DNA of 24,000 nucleotides from Aeromonas phage AS-yj. Of the stretch, positions 16,205 through 23,159 are shown piece after piece. The translations under genes and the position numbers were made by a program. Below the pieces are notes generated by a model. That model worked only from the letters and a program-made list of their open reading frames with translations. It was not told the origin of the DNA and searched no databases. Where the stretch lies: the sequence record MF498774.1. One strand, written 5' to 3'. Each line of letters starts with the position of its first letter. Position 1 is the first letter of the stretch.

Positions 16205-16695
16205 TATTTTGTCCCCGAAGAACCAATCCCAGCAGAACCACGAACAGTTTGTGTATCGAAATCATCAACATGGTTAAACTTGATCTGGTTGAATACAGGG
16301 ATAAACACCATCTGACAGAAACGCTCACCCTTCGGAATATGCAAAACCTTGTTGAAGCTCATCGGGTCGTCTTCGTTAACAATATGTTCATTCCGGACCT
16401 TCACCATGATCTCACCCTGATAGTTTCCATCGATAAGACCAACAGTGTTAGCCAACCGGGTATAGAATTTGAACCCGAGACCCGAACGGGGGAGAACCAT
16501 TGCAGCAATACCAACACCCGGAATACCAGTATCGATCTGACTCATATCAAATCGCATACCAGTGTTAACGATGATATCTTCACCCGGTTTCAACATAATA
16601 GCTTCCGGGGTACGAAGGTCAATAGCTGCGTCCCCTTCTCGTTGAAAATCAGGACAAACCCCATATTCAAAACCACTAATAAAATTCATTTCCAT
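16204..16695 (-). CDS. dut: dUTP diphosphatase, trimeric dUTPase family (163 aa)
   Basis: PRSGLG, NTVGLIDGNYQGEIMVKVRN, FCQMVFIPV, RGSAGIGSSGTK motifs. Confidence 0.93.
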   Translation of the reverse strand: MEMNFISGFEYGVCPDFQREGDAAIDLRTPEAIMLKPGEDIIVNTGMRFDMSQIDTGIPGVGIAAMVLPRSGLGFKFYTRLANTVGLIDGNYQGEIMVKVRNEHIVNEDDPMSFNKVLHIPKGERFCQMVFIPVFNQIKFNHVDDFDTQTVRGSAGIGSSGTK

Positions 16696-16707
16696 TTTTA
16701 TTCTCTC

Positions 16708-17076
16708 TTATTTCAATTTTTCAGACAAAAAGGCTGCGAGCTGCTTCCGACTCTCACCATATTCAAGTTCATAGTGACTATCCGCTTCATCGTACATCCC
16801 ATGGTGGTTATCACCATAAGGGGATTTTACAGGATAGCTATCATCACCGGAAAAATTATCCCACTCAGCCCAATACAAGGCAAATACCTCGCTCATACAA
16901 ACAAATTCTGTGTGGTTCTGTTTTTCGAACATATCGTCATAGTCTGTACAATAATGCCAATCTTGGTTACAGAGACCAATTTCAAAACACCACCACTCAG
17001 GAAAAATTCCAACAGAAACGTTGTAAAGAACCTCAGAAATGGTCATTTTATAATCTTGTTCATTTTCAGTATACAT
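16708..17076 (-). CDS. Hypothetical protein (122 aa)
   Basis: Start ATG coupled to the primase stop codon; AAGAGGATTTCGTG upstream. Confidence 0.7.
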   Translation of the reverse strand: MYTENEQDYKMTISEVLYNVSVGIFPEWWCFEIGLCNQDWHYCTDYDDMFEKQNHTEFVCMSEVFALYWAEWDNFSGDDSYPVKSPYGDNHHGMYDEADSHYELEYGESRKQLAAFLSEKLK

Positions 17077-18131
17077 CACGAAATCCTCTTATGTCCAAAT
17101 TTGCGCCACTTGCTAAGTGCAAGTTCAGCTCTCAAACCACTATATGTGTGGTCTTTCAGGTATTGTACCACTTCATCAATGGTAGCACCATCATTTTTTA
17201 TGAAATCGTTGATATCCTTGGAAGACCACGGACATTCATCCCAGATGACAACCTTTTCACCGGCTTTGATCAGATTTTCGATCCGTTTTAGTGTGTCGAA
17301 GGACCGACCCTCTTTATCAAGTACCCATACCCGTTTATCTGGGAACGGTGCATCTTCGAGAGCCATAACACCACCGACGATAGCACATGCGTTGGGGATG
17401 AACACGCTGTCGATTGGTCCTTCCAACATCCAAACTGTTTTTGATGGATCAACACGTTCCATACCATATACTTTCGACGCTTTGTCATCAGCCTTGATAG
17501 TCAAATATCGTCTACTTTTATCAACGTTTGGATCTAATGCTCGACCCTGCAAAGATGAGTATGTTCCATCTTTGTTATAGATCGGGATAACCAATCGATA
17601 TTCTTTCTTATCGTCATACAGATAGGTTTCTGGCTTAACACTATTAGCAACCTTCTTCCAATCCGCAGTAAAGAAGAACAGTTTGTATTGATGTTTTGGG
17701 ATTTTACGAGCAGCAACCCATTTCACGGCTGGGTGATTTTCTGGGAGATCCGCTATACAAGTTGAATATGGTATCACACTTTTTGTGATTAGTTCAACTG
17801 GTTTCTCAACTGTTTTTTTAGTTTCGAACCATTCGCTGTCGTCTTTGTTTGCAAATTTTTCCTTTGCAAATTCTCTGTACATTTCTGGTTCATTATCATA
17901 CAGATAGTTGGTTAGCTTCATATTAACGTTACAGTTAAAGCAACCGTACCGAACATGCCCCTCAGATTCGTATAGCCATCCACGGGTTTTGCTGTAGTCA
18001 GTTTTACTATCACCACATATAGGACAACGGAAATTATACTTTACCTCAACACCACGGGAATGATCTGTGCACAATTCCATCCGGTAACTAAGTCTAGTTG
18101 CAAACTGTCGTTCGATATAAATTATGTTCAT
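17076..18131 (-). CDS. 61: DNA primase, T4 gp61-like (351 aa)
   Basis: Zinc domain CPICGDSKTDYSKTRGWLYESEGHVRYGCFNCNVNMKL; TOPRIM-like VWMLEGPIDSVFIPNA. Start MNIIYIERQ is preceded by AGAGGATTTTTAT. Confidence 0.92.
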   Translation of the reverse strand: MNIIYIERQFATRLSYRMELCTDHSRGVEVKYNFRCPICGDSKTDYSKTRGWLYESEGHVRYGCFNCNVNMKLTNYLYDNEPEMYREFAKEKFANKDDSEWFETKKTVEKPVELITKSVIPYSTCIADLPENHPAVKWVAARKIPKHQYKLFFFTADWKKVANSVKPETYLYDDKKEYRLVIPIYNKDGTYSSLQGRALDPNVDKSRRYLTIKADDKASKVYGMERVDPSKTVWMLEGPIDSVFIPNACAIVGGVMALEDAPFPDKRVWVLDKEGRSFDTLKRIENLIKAGEKVVIWDECPWSSKDINDFIKNDGATIDEVVQYLKDHTYSGLRAELALSKWRKFGHKRIS

Positions 18132-18178
18132 ATAAAAATCCTCTTTCAACCTATGATATCACACTCACCAGAAACAAT

Positions 18179-18200
18179 AAAGCCCCAATTACGGGGCTTT
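18179..18200 (-). terminator. Rho-independent terminator
   Basis: Minus strand AAAGCCCC-GTAATT-GGGGCTTT; the stop codon of ORF 18189 (18189-18191) is in the loop. Confidence 0.8.
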
Positions 18201-18638
18201 TACTTCAATTTTACGACGCTCTTTTTTCTTCCCCATGACAGACGGACCTTTATCTGTAACAGAACCAGATTTTACCCCAGTTGCGATGTTTGTCACATTA
18301 CCCCCGGAATCACCAGCGATCATCTCTTCATACAACATTTCGATTGTGTATTCTGATTGACCATATGATTCTGTTAAAGTGTCATATCCAGCCTTCACCG
18401 CCAACGATTTAGATACCGACTCGCCTCCATACTTTTGAAGGTTTATTTTCAGTGATCTAATTGCTGCATGAAATGATGTATACGCCGCTTTTTCTCTCAC
18501 GGTTTCCGGCTTCTTAATAAACTCACCGGCTTCGTCGATAATACCGCGCTTGTATGCTTCCCAATTACGAAATGGTTTTCTTAATAGGTCTAGCATACGG
18601 ACGGAATAAATCCCGTCCATAATAGTTTTAATACTCAC
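18189..18638 (-). CDS. Conserved-looking hypothetical protein (149 aa) between primase and helicase
   Basis: GTG start preceded by GGAGGATTTAAC; MSIKTIMDGIYSVRMLDLLRKPFRNWEAYKRGIIDEAGEF.... Function not recognised. Confidence 0.78.
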   Translation of the reverse strand: MSIKTIMDGIYSVRMLDLLRKPFRNWEAYKRGIIDEAGEFIKKPETVREKAAYTSFHAAIRSLKINLQKYGGESVSKSLAVKAGYDTLTESYGQSEYTIEMLYEEMIAGDSGGNVTNIATGVKSGSVTDKGPSVMGKKKERRKIEVKAP

Positions 18639-18665
18639 GTTAAATCCTCCTTGGTATCCTTTTAT

Positions 18666-20228
18666 TTAGTTATCCCAAGGTACATCGTCTTCTTGTGTTT
18701 GTTCTGCCAGAAGGTCATTAAAATCAACTTCGGTTTTGCTCATACGGCGTTTGAACATAGAACTACCCATCGGAGTAGTATCAATTTCATCAACAACCTC
18801 CGGGGTGACTTCAACCGGAACAGAAGTAATTTCATCACCACGACGAACAATAACTGCATCGTCTTGAATATCAGAACGTTCTTCCAGATCCTTTCTTTCG
18901 AATACAACAGTATATGGTGTTGTGTCGTCGAGATCCGACCAACGCATTTTAGCTTTTTCTACAACCATACAGAATTTATTATGGGTGTTGATATCACCAT
19001 AACGAGATTTAAGTTGCTTGAACAACTGTTGTCCCATCTGCACCAGATCCTCATCTTCTGAAATTGCCAATACGAAGTCGCAACCATGAAGAAGTGCATA
19101 AGAATCCGCAATATCAGCTTTGTCAATCTCAAGGGAACCAGAAGACCCACGGTTGGTTTGTGCACCAGACCAAGCAACAATTTTCTTCTCGATAGCAAGT
19201 CCACGAACTTCTTCTGAAATTGCCTTGATGAAAGAGTAAGAGTTATCAGAGAACTTCATACGGGACGAAGCCATGATACCTAGGTAGTCTACCATGATAA
19301 CATCTGGCTTGAAACCCTTTTTCATTTCAAGCTCATCCATCAGGTTTCTGATGTGGTTTACGTTTGCCCCTGATGTTGGGAACTGCTTAACATAAAGCTT
19401 ACCAAGCTTTTTACCTGCAACCTTTTTGTTGAACCGGTTCATGAACTCAGATTTTTGGATAAGTCCACTATCTAGCTCGTCCAGAGTCAGGTCCATTAGG
19501 TTTGCGTCAATACGCTTACCTACAGTTTCTTCCGACATCTCAAACGAGACGTACAACACGTTTAACCCGAGTTGCATATACTCGGTTGCAAGGTGACACA
19601 GACCGATAGACTTACCAACACCAGTACCGGCTAGAATAACGTTAAGCGTACCACGTTCAACCCCACCCTTGGTGATCCGGTTCAGCATATGATTCAGGAA
19701 CGGGATCTTATTTGTCTTTTGGTTATATGCTTCCCAACGTTCTTCTGCGCTGTTCATATAATCATGACCAACGTCAAAAGTAAAGCCAACAGACATAGCC
19801 TTTTTCATGATCTCTTGCATTGCCCCGATATCTTTTATTTTCGGGTCTTGCTCATCCAGTGGTTTGGCGAAGTTTTCACGGATCTGGATACACTCAGATA
19901 ATGCAATATCGATAGCACGTTCTTTACAGAAAGATTCTGTCTCTTCAATCAACCAGTTTTTATCTTCTGGGATTTGTTCAATTCGAGATACCAAAACTTT
20001 AGTCTGGTCATACTCTACTTGACTCATATTCTGTTTGCGTTCCAGCATAACATCCAGAGCCGCAACCGATGGAGCTTTGTTATGCTTTTTTGCATATGTA
20101 TCAATCAAGTCAAATGCAATACGATAAGGTCCCTTAGAGAAATATTCGGATTTAAGAAAAGGGTACACCTTACCAAAATACTCGCCGTTGAAAACGAGGT
20201 TATTGATAATAATTTGTGAAATACTCAT
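18666..20228 (-). CDS. 41: Replicative DNA helicase, DnaB/gp41-like (about 520 aa)
   Basis: Walker A VILAGTGVGKSIGLCHLA; Walker B-like PDVIMVDYLGIM. The track start at 20237 is a GTG; MSISQIIINN (20228) is preferred. Confidence 0.94.
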   Translation of the reverse strand: MSISQIIINNLVFNGEYFGKVYPFLKSEYFSKGPYRIAFDLIDTYAKKHNKAPSVAALDVMLERKQNMSQVEYDQTKVLVSRIEQIPEDKNWLIEETESFCKERAIDIALSECIQIRENFAKPLDEQDPKIKDIGAMQEIMKKAMSVGFTFDVGHDYMNSAEERWEAYNQKTNKIPFLNHMLNRITKGGVERGTLNVILAGTGVGKSIGLCHLATEYMQLGLNVLYVSFEMSEETVGKRIDANLMDLTLDELDSGLIQKSEFMNRFNKKVAGKKLGKLYVKQFPTSGANVNHIRNLMDELEMKKGFKPDVIMVDYLGIMASSRMKFSDNSYSFIKAISEEVRGLAIEKKIVAWSGAQTNRGSSGSLEIDKADIADSYALLHGCDFVLAISEDEDLVQMGQQLFKQLKSRYGDINTHNKFCMVVEKAKMRWSDLDDTTPYTVVFERKDLEERSDIQDDAVIVRRGDEITSVPVEVTPEVVDEIDTTPMGSSMFKRRMSKTEVDFNDLLAEQTQEDDVPWDN

Positions 20229-20247
20229 TAAAAACACCTGTAAAAAG

Positions 20248-20293
20248 AAAAGTCGCTTACGTTAAAGATTATCCCATAACGTAAGCGACTTTT
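20248..20293 (-). terminator. Very long perfect hairpin/terminator
   Basis: AAAAGTCGCTTACGTTA (20248-20264) pairs perfectly with TAACGTAAGCGACTTTT (20277-20293), 12-nt loop; minus-strand continuation CTTTTTA. Confidence 0.92.
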
Positions 20294-20297
20294 TAAT

Positions 20298-20305
20298 TAT
20301 TTATA
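20298..20305 (-). promoter_or_regulatory. Candidate T4-type late promoter TATAAATA
   Basis: Exact late consensus on the minus strand, overlapping the stop of ORF 20301 and 5 nt before the 17-bp hairpin. Confidence 0.35.
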
Positions 20306-20816
20306 CAACCTTTTTCTGTGAGGAAAAATGAAGAATACCGGTATCATTCAGCACAAACGGTACATCGTCCTCGGTGATGATATGCATCCAGAACCTAGCC
20401 TTATATTTGTATTGACGAACCCGTTTTACCCGGTTCACAACACCACCATCAGGAGTACAATATTGAGCTGCATATAGCGCCTGATAGGGGCTCTTGCGGT
20501 CATATAGACTCAGAACTTGATGGTTCTCTGCACACAACCAAGATTTCCCGTTAGACATATGGATTTCCCATACGTTGGGGTTGACCGGTTCTGTGAACTC
20601 CGTATCGACCATACGTAAGATCGTTGCGTATTTACCGGTTTCCGGTCCCTTTAGAAGGATCCGGTTACCCTGTTGAATCTCTAGGAGTTGATATAGAGTC
20701 CATGTTTGTTCCCTCATGTCCCCGTAAATGTCGGGGGCACAAAAGGTAACAAGGGTATCCTCTGGAAATCCAGTTACATCATAACAATCATTACGGTCGC
20801 AGGTTTGTTCTGTCAT
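20301..20816 (-). CDS. Putative Hint/intein-fold-like protein, apparently lacking splicing residues (171 aa)
   Basis: Start MTEQTCDRND with CAAAAGGAAATAAA upstream. Block A-like GFPEDTLVTF, block B-like VWEIHMSNGKSWLCAENHQVLSLY, block F/G-like FWMHIITEDDVPFVLNDTGILHFS. CDS confidence is high; fold assignment is moderate. Confidence 0.5.
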   Translation of the reverse strand: MTEQTCDRNDCYDVTGFPEDTLVTFCAPDIYGDMREQTWTLYQLLEIQQGNRILLKGPETGKYATILRMVDTEFTEPVNPNVWEIHMSNGKSWLCAENHQVLSLYDRKSPYQALYAAQYCTPDGGVVNRVKRVRQYKYKARFWMHIITEDDVPFVLNDTGILHFSSQKKVV

Positions 20817-20817
20817 T

Positions 20818-21108
20818 TTATTTCCTTTTGAAAAGATCAAGAAAACGCCCAAAGAAAGATTTTTCAATCTCAACATTGGTTTGGTTATACATGGCTTGTA
20901 CTGCATTTTTAACATGTGGATATAGTTCTTCCTTCATGTCTTCATGTGGAGTACTCCAATCTAATACAACCTTCCCATCATGATACTGTATATCGTTGAT
21001 AAACACAAGAAAATTCTCACTATCAATCCGGATAACCAATTCGGTTTGTACATTCTTTAATGCGTCATTGATTACATCTTTATAGGTATCTTCGTTTATT
21101 TCTTCCAT
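20818..21108 (-). CDS. Hypothetical protein (96 aa)
   Basis: ORF coupled to the Hint-like gene. Confidence 0.72.
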   Translation of the reverse strand: MEEINEDTYKDVINDALKNVQTELVIRIDSENFLVFINDIQYHDGKVVLDWSTPHEDMKEELYPHVKNAVQAMYNQTNVEIEKSFFGRFLDLFKRK

Positions 21109-21127
21109 ATATTACCTGTAAGAAATA

Positions 21128-21145
21128 GACCTAGTTTCCTAGGTC
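21128..21145 (-). terminator. Small hairpin with GAAA loop, weak terminator/processing candidate
   Basis: Minus strand GACCTAG-GAAA-CTAGGTC followed by TATTTCTTAC. Confidence 0.45.
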
Positions 21146-21149
21146 ATTG

Positions 21150-21581
21150 TTATTTAGGGATGATACTAACCTTGGCATTACAAGAGGCTGCAACAGGATA
21201 AACTATTTCATCAAAATACTTTTTATTTTGGAAACCATCTAATACCAAAAGATGACTATAGGAGAACCCTTTTAGTCCTAATGGATCTCTTACTAAGACG
21301 AAATACGATTCGTTTTCAAGTTTTATGTATTTTGAATTTGAGGCCAAAACGAATTCATCACCAAAAATATTACCCAATTCTTTTAATTGATATTTTATCT
21401 CATTGAATATAGTTCCATTCATTGGTTCCATAACAATGGTTTTTCTCCCTTGGGAATGAAAATAACAATCATGAACAGCAGCCGAAACTGGGGTATCCTG
21501 AACTCCGATGTGAGTCAAATAAAAACCATAGTCGTTACGAAGATTAATAAACAATTCTACTATTTCTTTTGTTAAATTCAT
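21150..21581 (-). CDS. Hypothetical protein (143 aa) with resemblance to a degenerate large-terminase ATPase core
   Basis: FVLASNSKYIKLENESYFVLVRDPLGLKGFSYSHLLVLDGFQNKKYFDEIVYPVAASCNAKVSIIPK parallels the T4 gp17 region running from the adenine-side segment to Walker B and motif III. CDS is likely; homology is inferred. Confidence 0.5.
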   Translation of the reverse strand: MNLTKEIVELFINLRNDYGFYLTHIGVQDTPVSAAVHDCYFHSQGRKTIVMEPMNGTIFNEIKYQLKELGNIFGDEFVLASNSKYIKLENESYFVLVRDPLGLKGFSYSHLLVLDGFQNKKYFDEIVYPVAASCNAKVSIIPK

Positions 21582-21584
21582 TCA

Positions 21585-21917
21585 TTAATTCTCATATGAA
21601 CTAATTGTATAATTTCCCTCGAAATTTTCAATAACAGTATATCCTAAAGATCGCAATCGATTATTAGATATCTCGACTATTTTTGAATATACATATGATA
21701 CAGTGTGATTACATAGGTAAGGATTAAAATTCGTTTCGTGGTTGTGGATGATATTTACGTAATCATCCATGTTTAGTGTTATTCCACCACCACAAACAAC
21801 AAGCTCATTGATTATAGACCGCAAAACATGACTAGACTCAACGTCGAAATCGTGGTTTGTATATTTTATTTCTTTTCTAACTTCGTCGGCGGTAGTTTTT
21901 TCTGTTACAATTAACAT
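21585..21917 (-). CDS. Hypothetical protein (110 aa)
   Basis: ORF with AAAAAGGATATATAAATG start context. Confidence 0.72.
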   Translation of the reverse strand: MLIVTEKTTADEVRKEIKYTNHDFDVESSHVLRSIINELVVCGGGITLNMDDYVNIIHNHETNFNPYLCNHTVSYVYSKIVEISNNRLRSLGYTVIENFEGNYTISSYEN

Positions 21918-21936
21918 TTATATATCCTTTTTAAGG

Positions 21937-21952
21937 TGGGGCTTTCGCCCCA
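21937..21952 (-). terminator. Terminator-like hairpin downstream of uvsX
   Basis: Minus strand TGGGGC-GAAA-GCCCCA; lacks an immediate long T-tract (CCTTAAAAAG). Confidence 0.55.
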
Positions 21953-21958
21953 ATAATA

Positions 21959-23068
21959 TTAACCAAACAACTGGTCAACTTCATCAAACACTTCCTGAGA
22001 TACTTCAACTGCTTTCAGTTTATAAGCGTCGGATACAGCATCCATAAAAGGCTTGTGAGAAAACATAGGTTTCCAGAATTCCAGAGAGTTGGAATCCTCT
22101 TCTGTCCATTTCTTTTCATCATCGGTGATCAGATACATCTCACCAGTTTCGAGGTCGAGATAATTGCGCTGATAACGTGCGTTTTGTGGTTTGGTAACAA
22201 AACCAAGTTCTTGTGCAATCTTTAGCAAACCTGAGTATGTATTAATACCACCTTGGAAGGAAACTTGCAAGTCCAATTTGGATTTTTCTTTGATAGTGCG
22301 ACTCTTTTCCGCATTCATCACAAAGTTATAACCCAACAGCTCTTTGCCATCTTTGTCCTGTTGCTTACCAAGAATGATAACGGTGTCAGCGGAATACATC
22401 GGTCCGGTGCCGCCACTCATAACAGTTTTGCTGTACATCTCTTGGGTTTCGTATGTGTGGTTTACAGCAATACACGGAATGTCATTAACAGTCAGGTAAG
22501 GGGTAACCATACGGAACAGACTCTTGATCTGCTTTGCTCGGGTCATATCCTGTGCAGACTTTTCATTCTTCGCATCTTCAAGTTCTTTCTTAGAAGCAAC
22601 GTTACCGATAGAGTCAATATAGATAATAACCTTATCACCACGTTTGACTGCTTCCAGTTTCTTAACGATATCGAATTTAAGTTCTTCTACGTCAATAAAC
22701 GGACAATGTACAACCCGGTCAATATCTACACCTTGAGAAGTAAAATAATCAGGAGTAGAACCGAATTCATTATCAAAGAACAGACAAACTGCATCCGGAT
22801 ACTTACGAAGATAAGCAGAAACCAGAACCAAACTCAGGTTAGATTTAAAGTGTTTAGACGGTCCGGCAATACAAGTTAGACCCGGCTTCAAACCACCATC
22901 AAGATGACCACTCAACATCAGGTTAATGATCGGGACCCGAGTCCGAATTACATCCTTGTCGTTAAAGAAAACGCTATCGGATAGCATAGAACTCATTTTA
23001 TTTGAGGAAGTACCAGACAGACGTTCCAGAAGGGCACCAGTATTAACCGTTTTTGCTTTTTTAGCCAT
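21959..23068 (-). CDS. uvsX: UvsX RecA-like recombinase (369 aa)
   Basis: LTCIAGPSKHFKSNLSLVL Walker A variant typical of UvsX, CLFFDNEFGSTPDYF, KVIIYIDSIGNVASKKE, MSGGTGPMYSAD. Confidence 0.95.
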   Translation of the reverse strand: MAKKAKTVNTGALLERLSGTSSNKMSSMLSDSVFFNDKDVIRTRVPIINLMLSGHLDGGLKPGLTCIAGPSKHFKSNLSLVLVSAYLRKYPDAVCLFFDNEFGSTPDYFTSQGVDIDRVVHCPFIDVEELKFDIVKKLEAVKRGDKVIIYIDSIGNVASKKELEDAKNEKSAQDMTRAKQIKSLFRMVTPYLTVNDIPCIAVNHTYETQEMYSKTVMSGGTGPMYSADTVIILGKQQDKDGKELLGYNFVMNAEKSRTIKEKSKLDLQVSFQGGINTYSGLLKIAQELGFVTKPQNARYQRNYLDLETGEMYLITDDEKKWTEEDSNSLEFWKPMFSHKPFMDAVSDAYKLKAVEVSQEVFDEVDQLFG

Positions 23069-23116
23069 TTTAATTTTCCTATAATTTTTGATATATGTTT
23101 TATTGCGTTTTGATAA

Positions 23117-23144
23117 GGCTATTATACCACATGATATAATAGCC
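23117..23144 (-). promoter_or_regulatory. Hairpin in the 43-uvsX intergenic region with embedded TATAAT
   Basis: GGCTATTATA/TATAATAGCC 10-bp stem, 8-nt loop. The minus strand contains TATAAT but no convincing -35. Role uncertain. Confidence 0.45.
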
Positions 23145-23159
23145 CTTTAATTTTCCAGA

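Noticed and set aside
16249-17580. 443-aa plus-strand ORF
   Set aside because: Fully antisense to dUTPase, ORF 16708 and primase, which have clear family motifs. The translated product has no recognisable domain and no RBS was identified; likely a codon-bias shadow frame.
21905-21925. TATATAAATG upstream of ORF 21585 as a late promoter
   Set aside because: One mismatch to TATAAATA and it overlaps the start codon/RBS, so it could not drive this gene.
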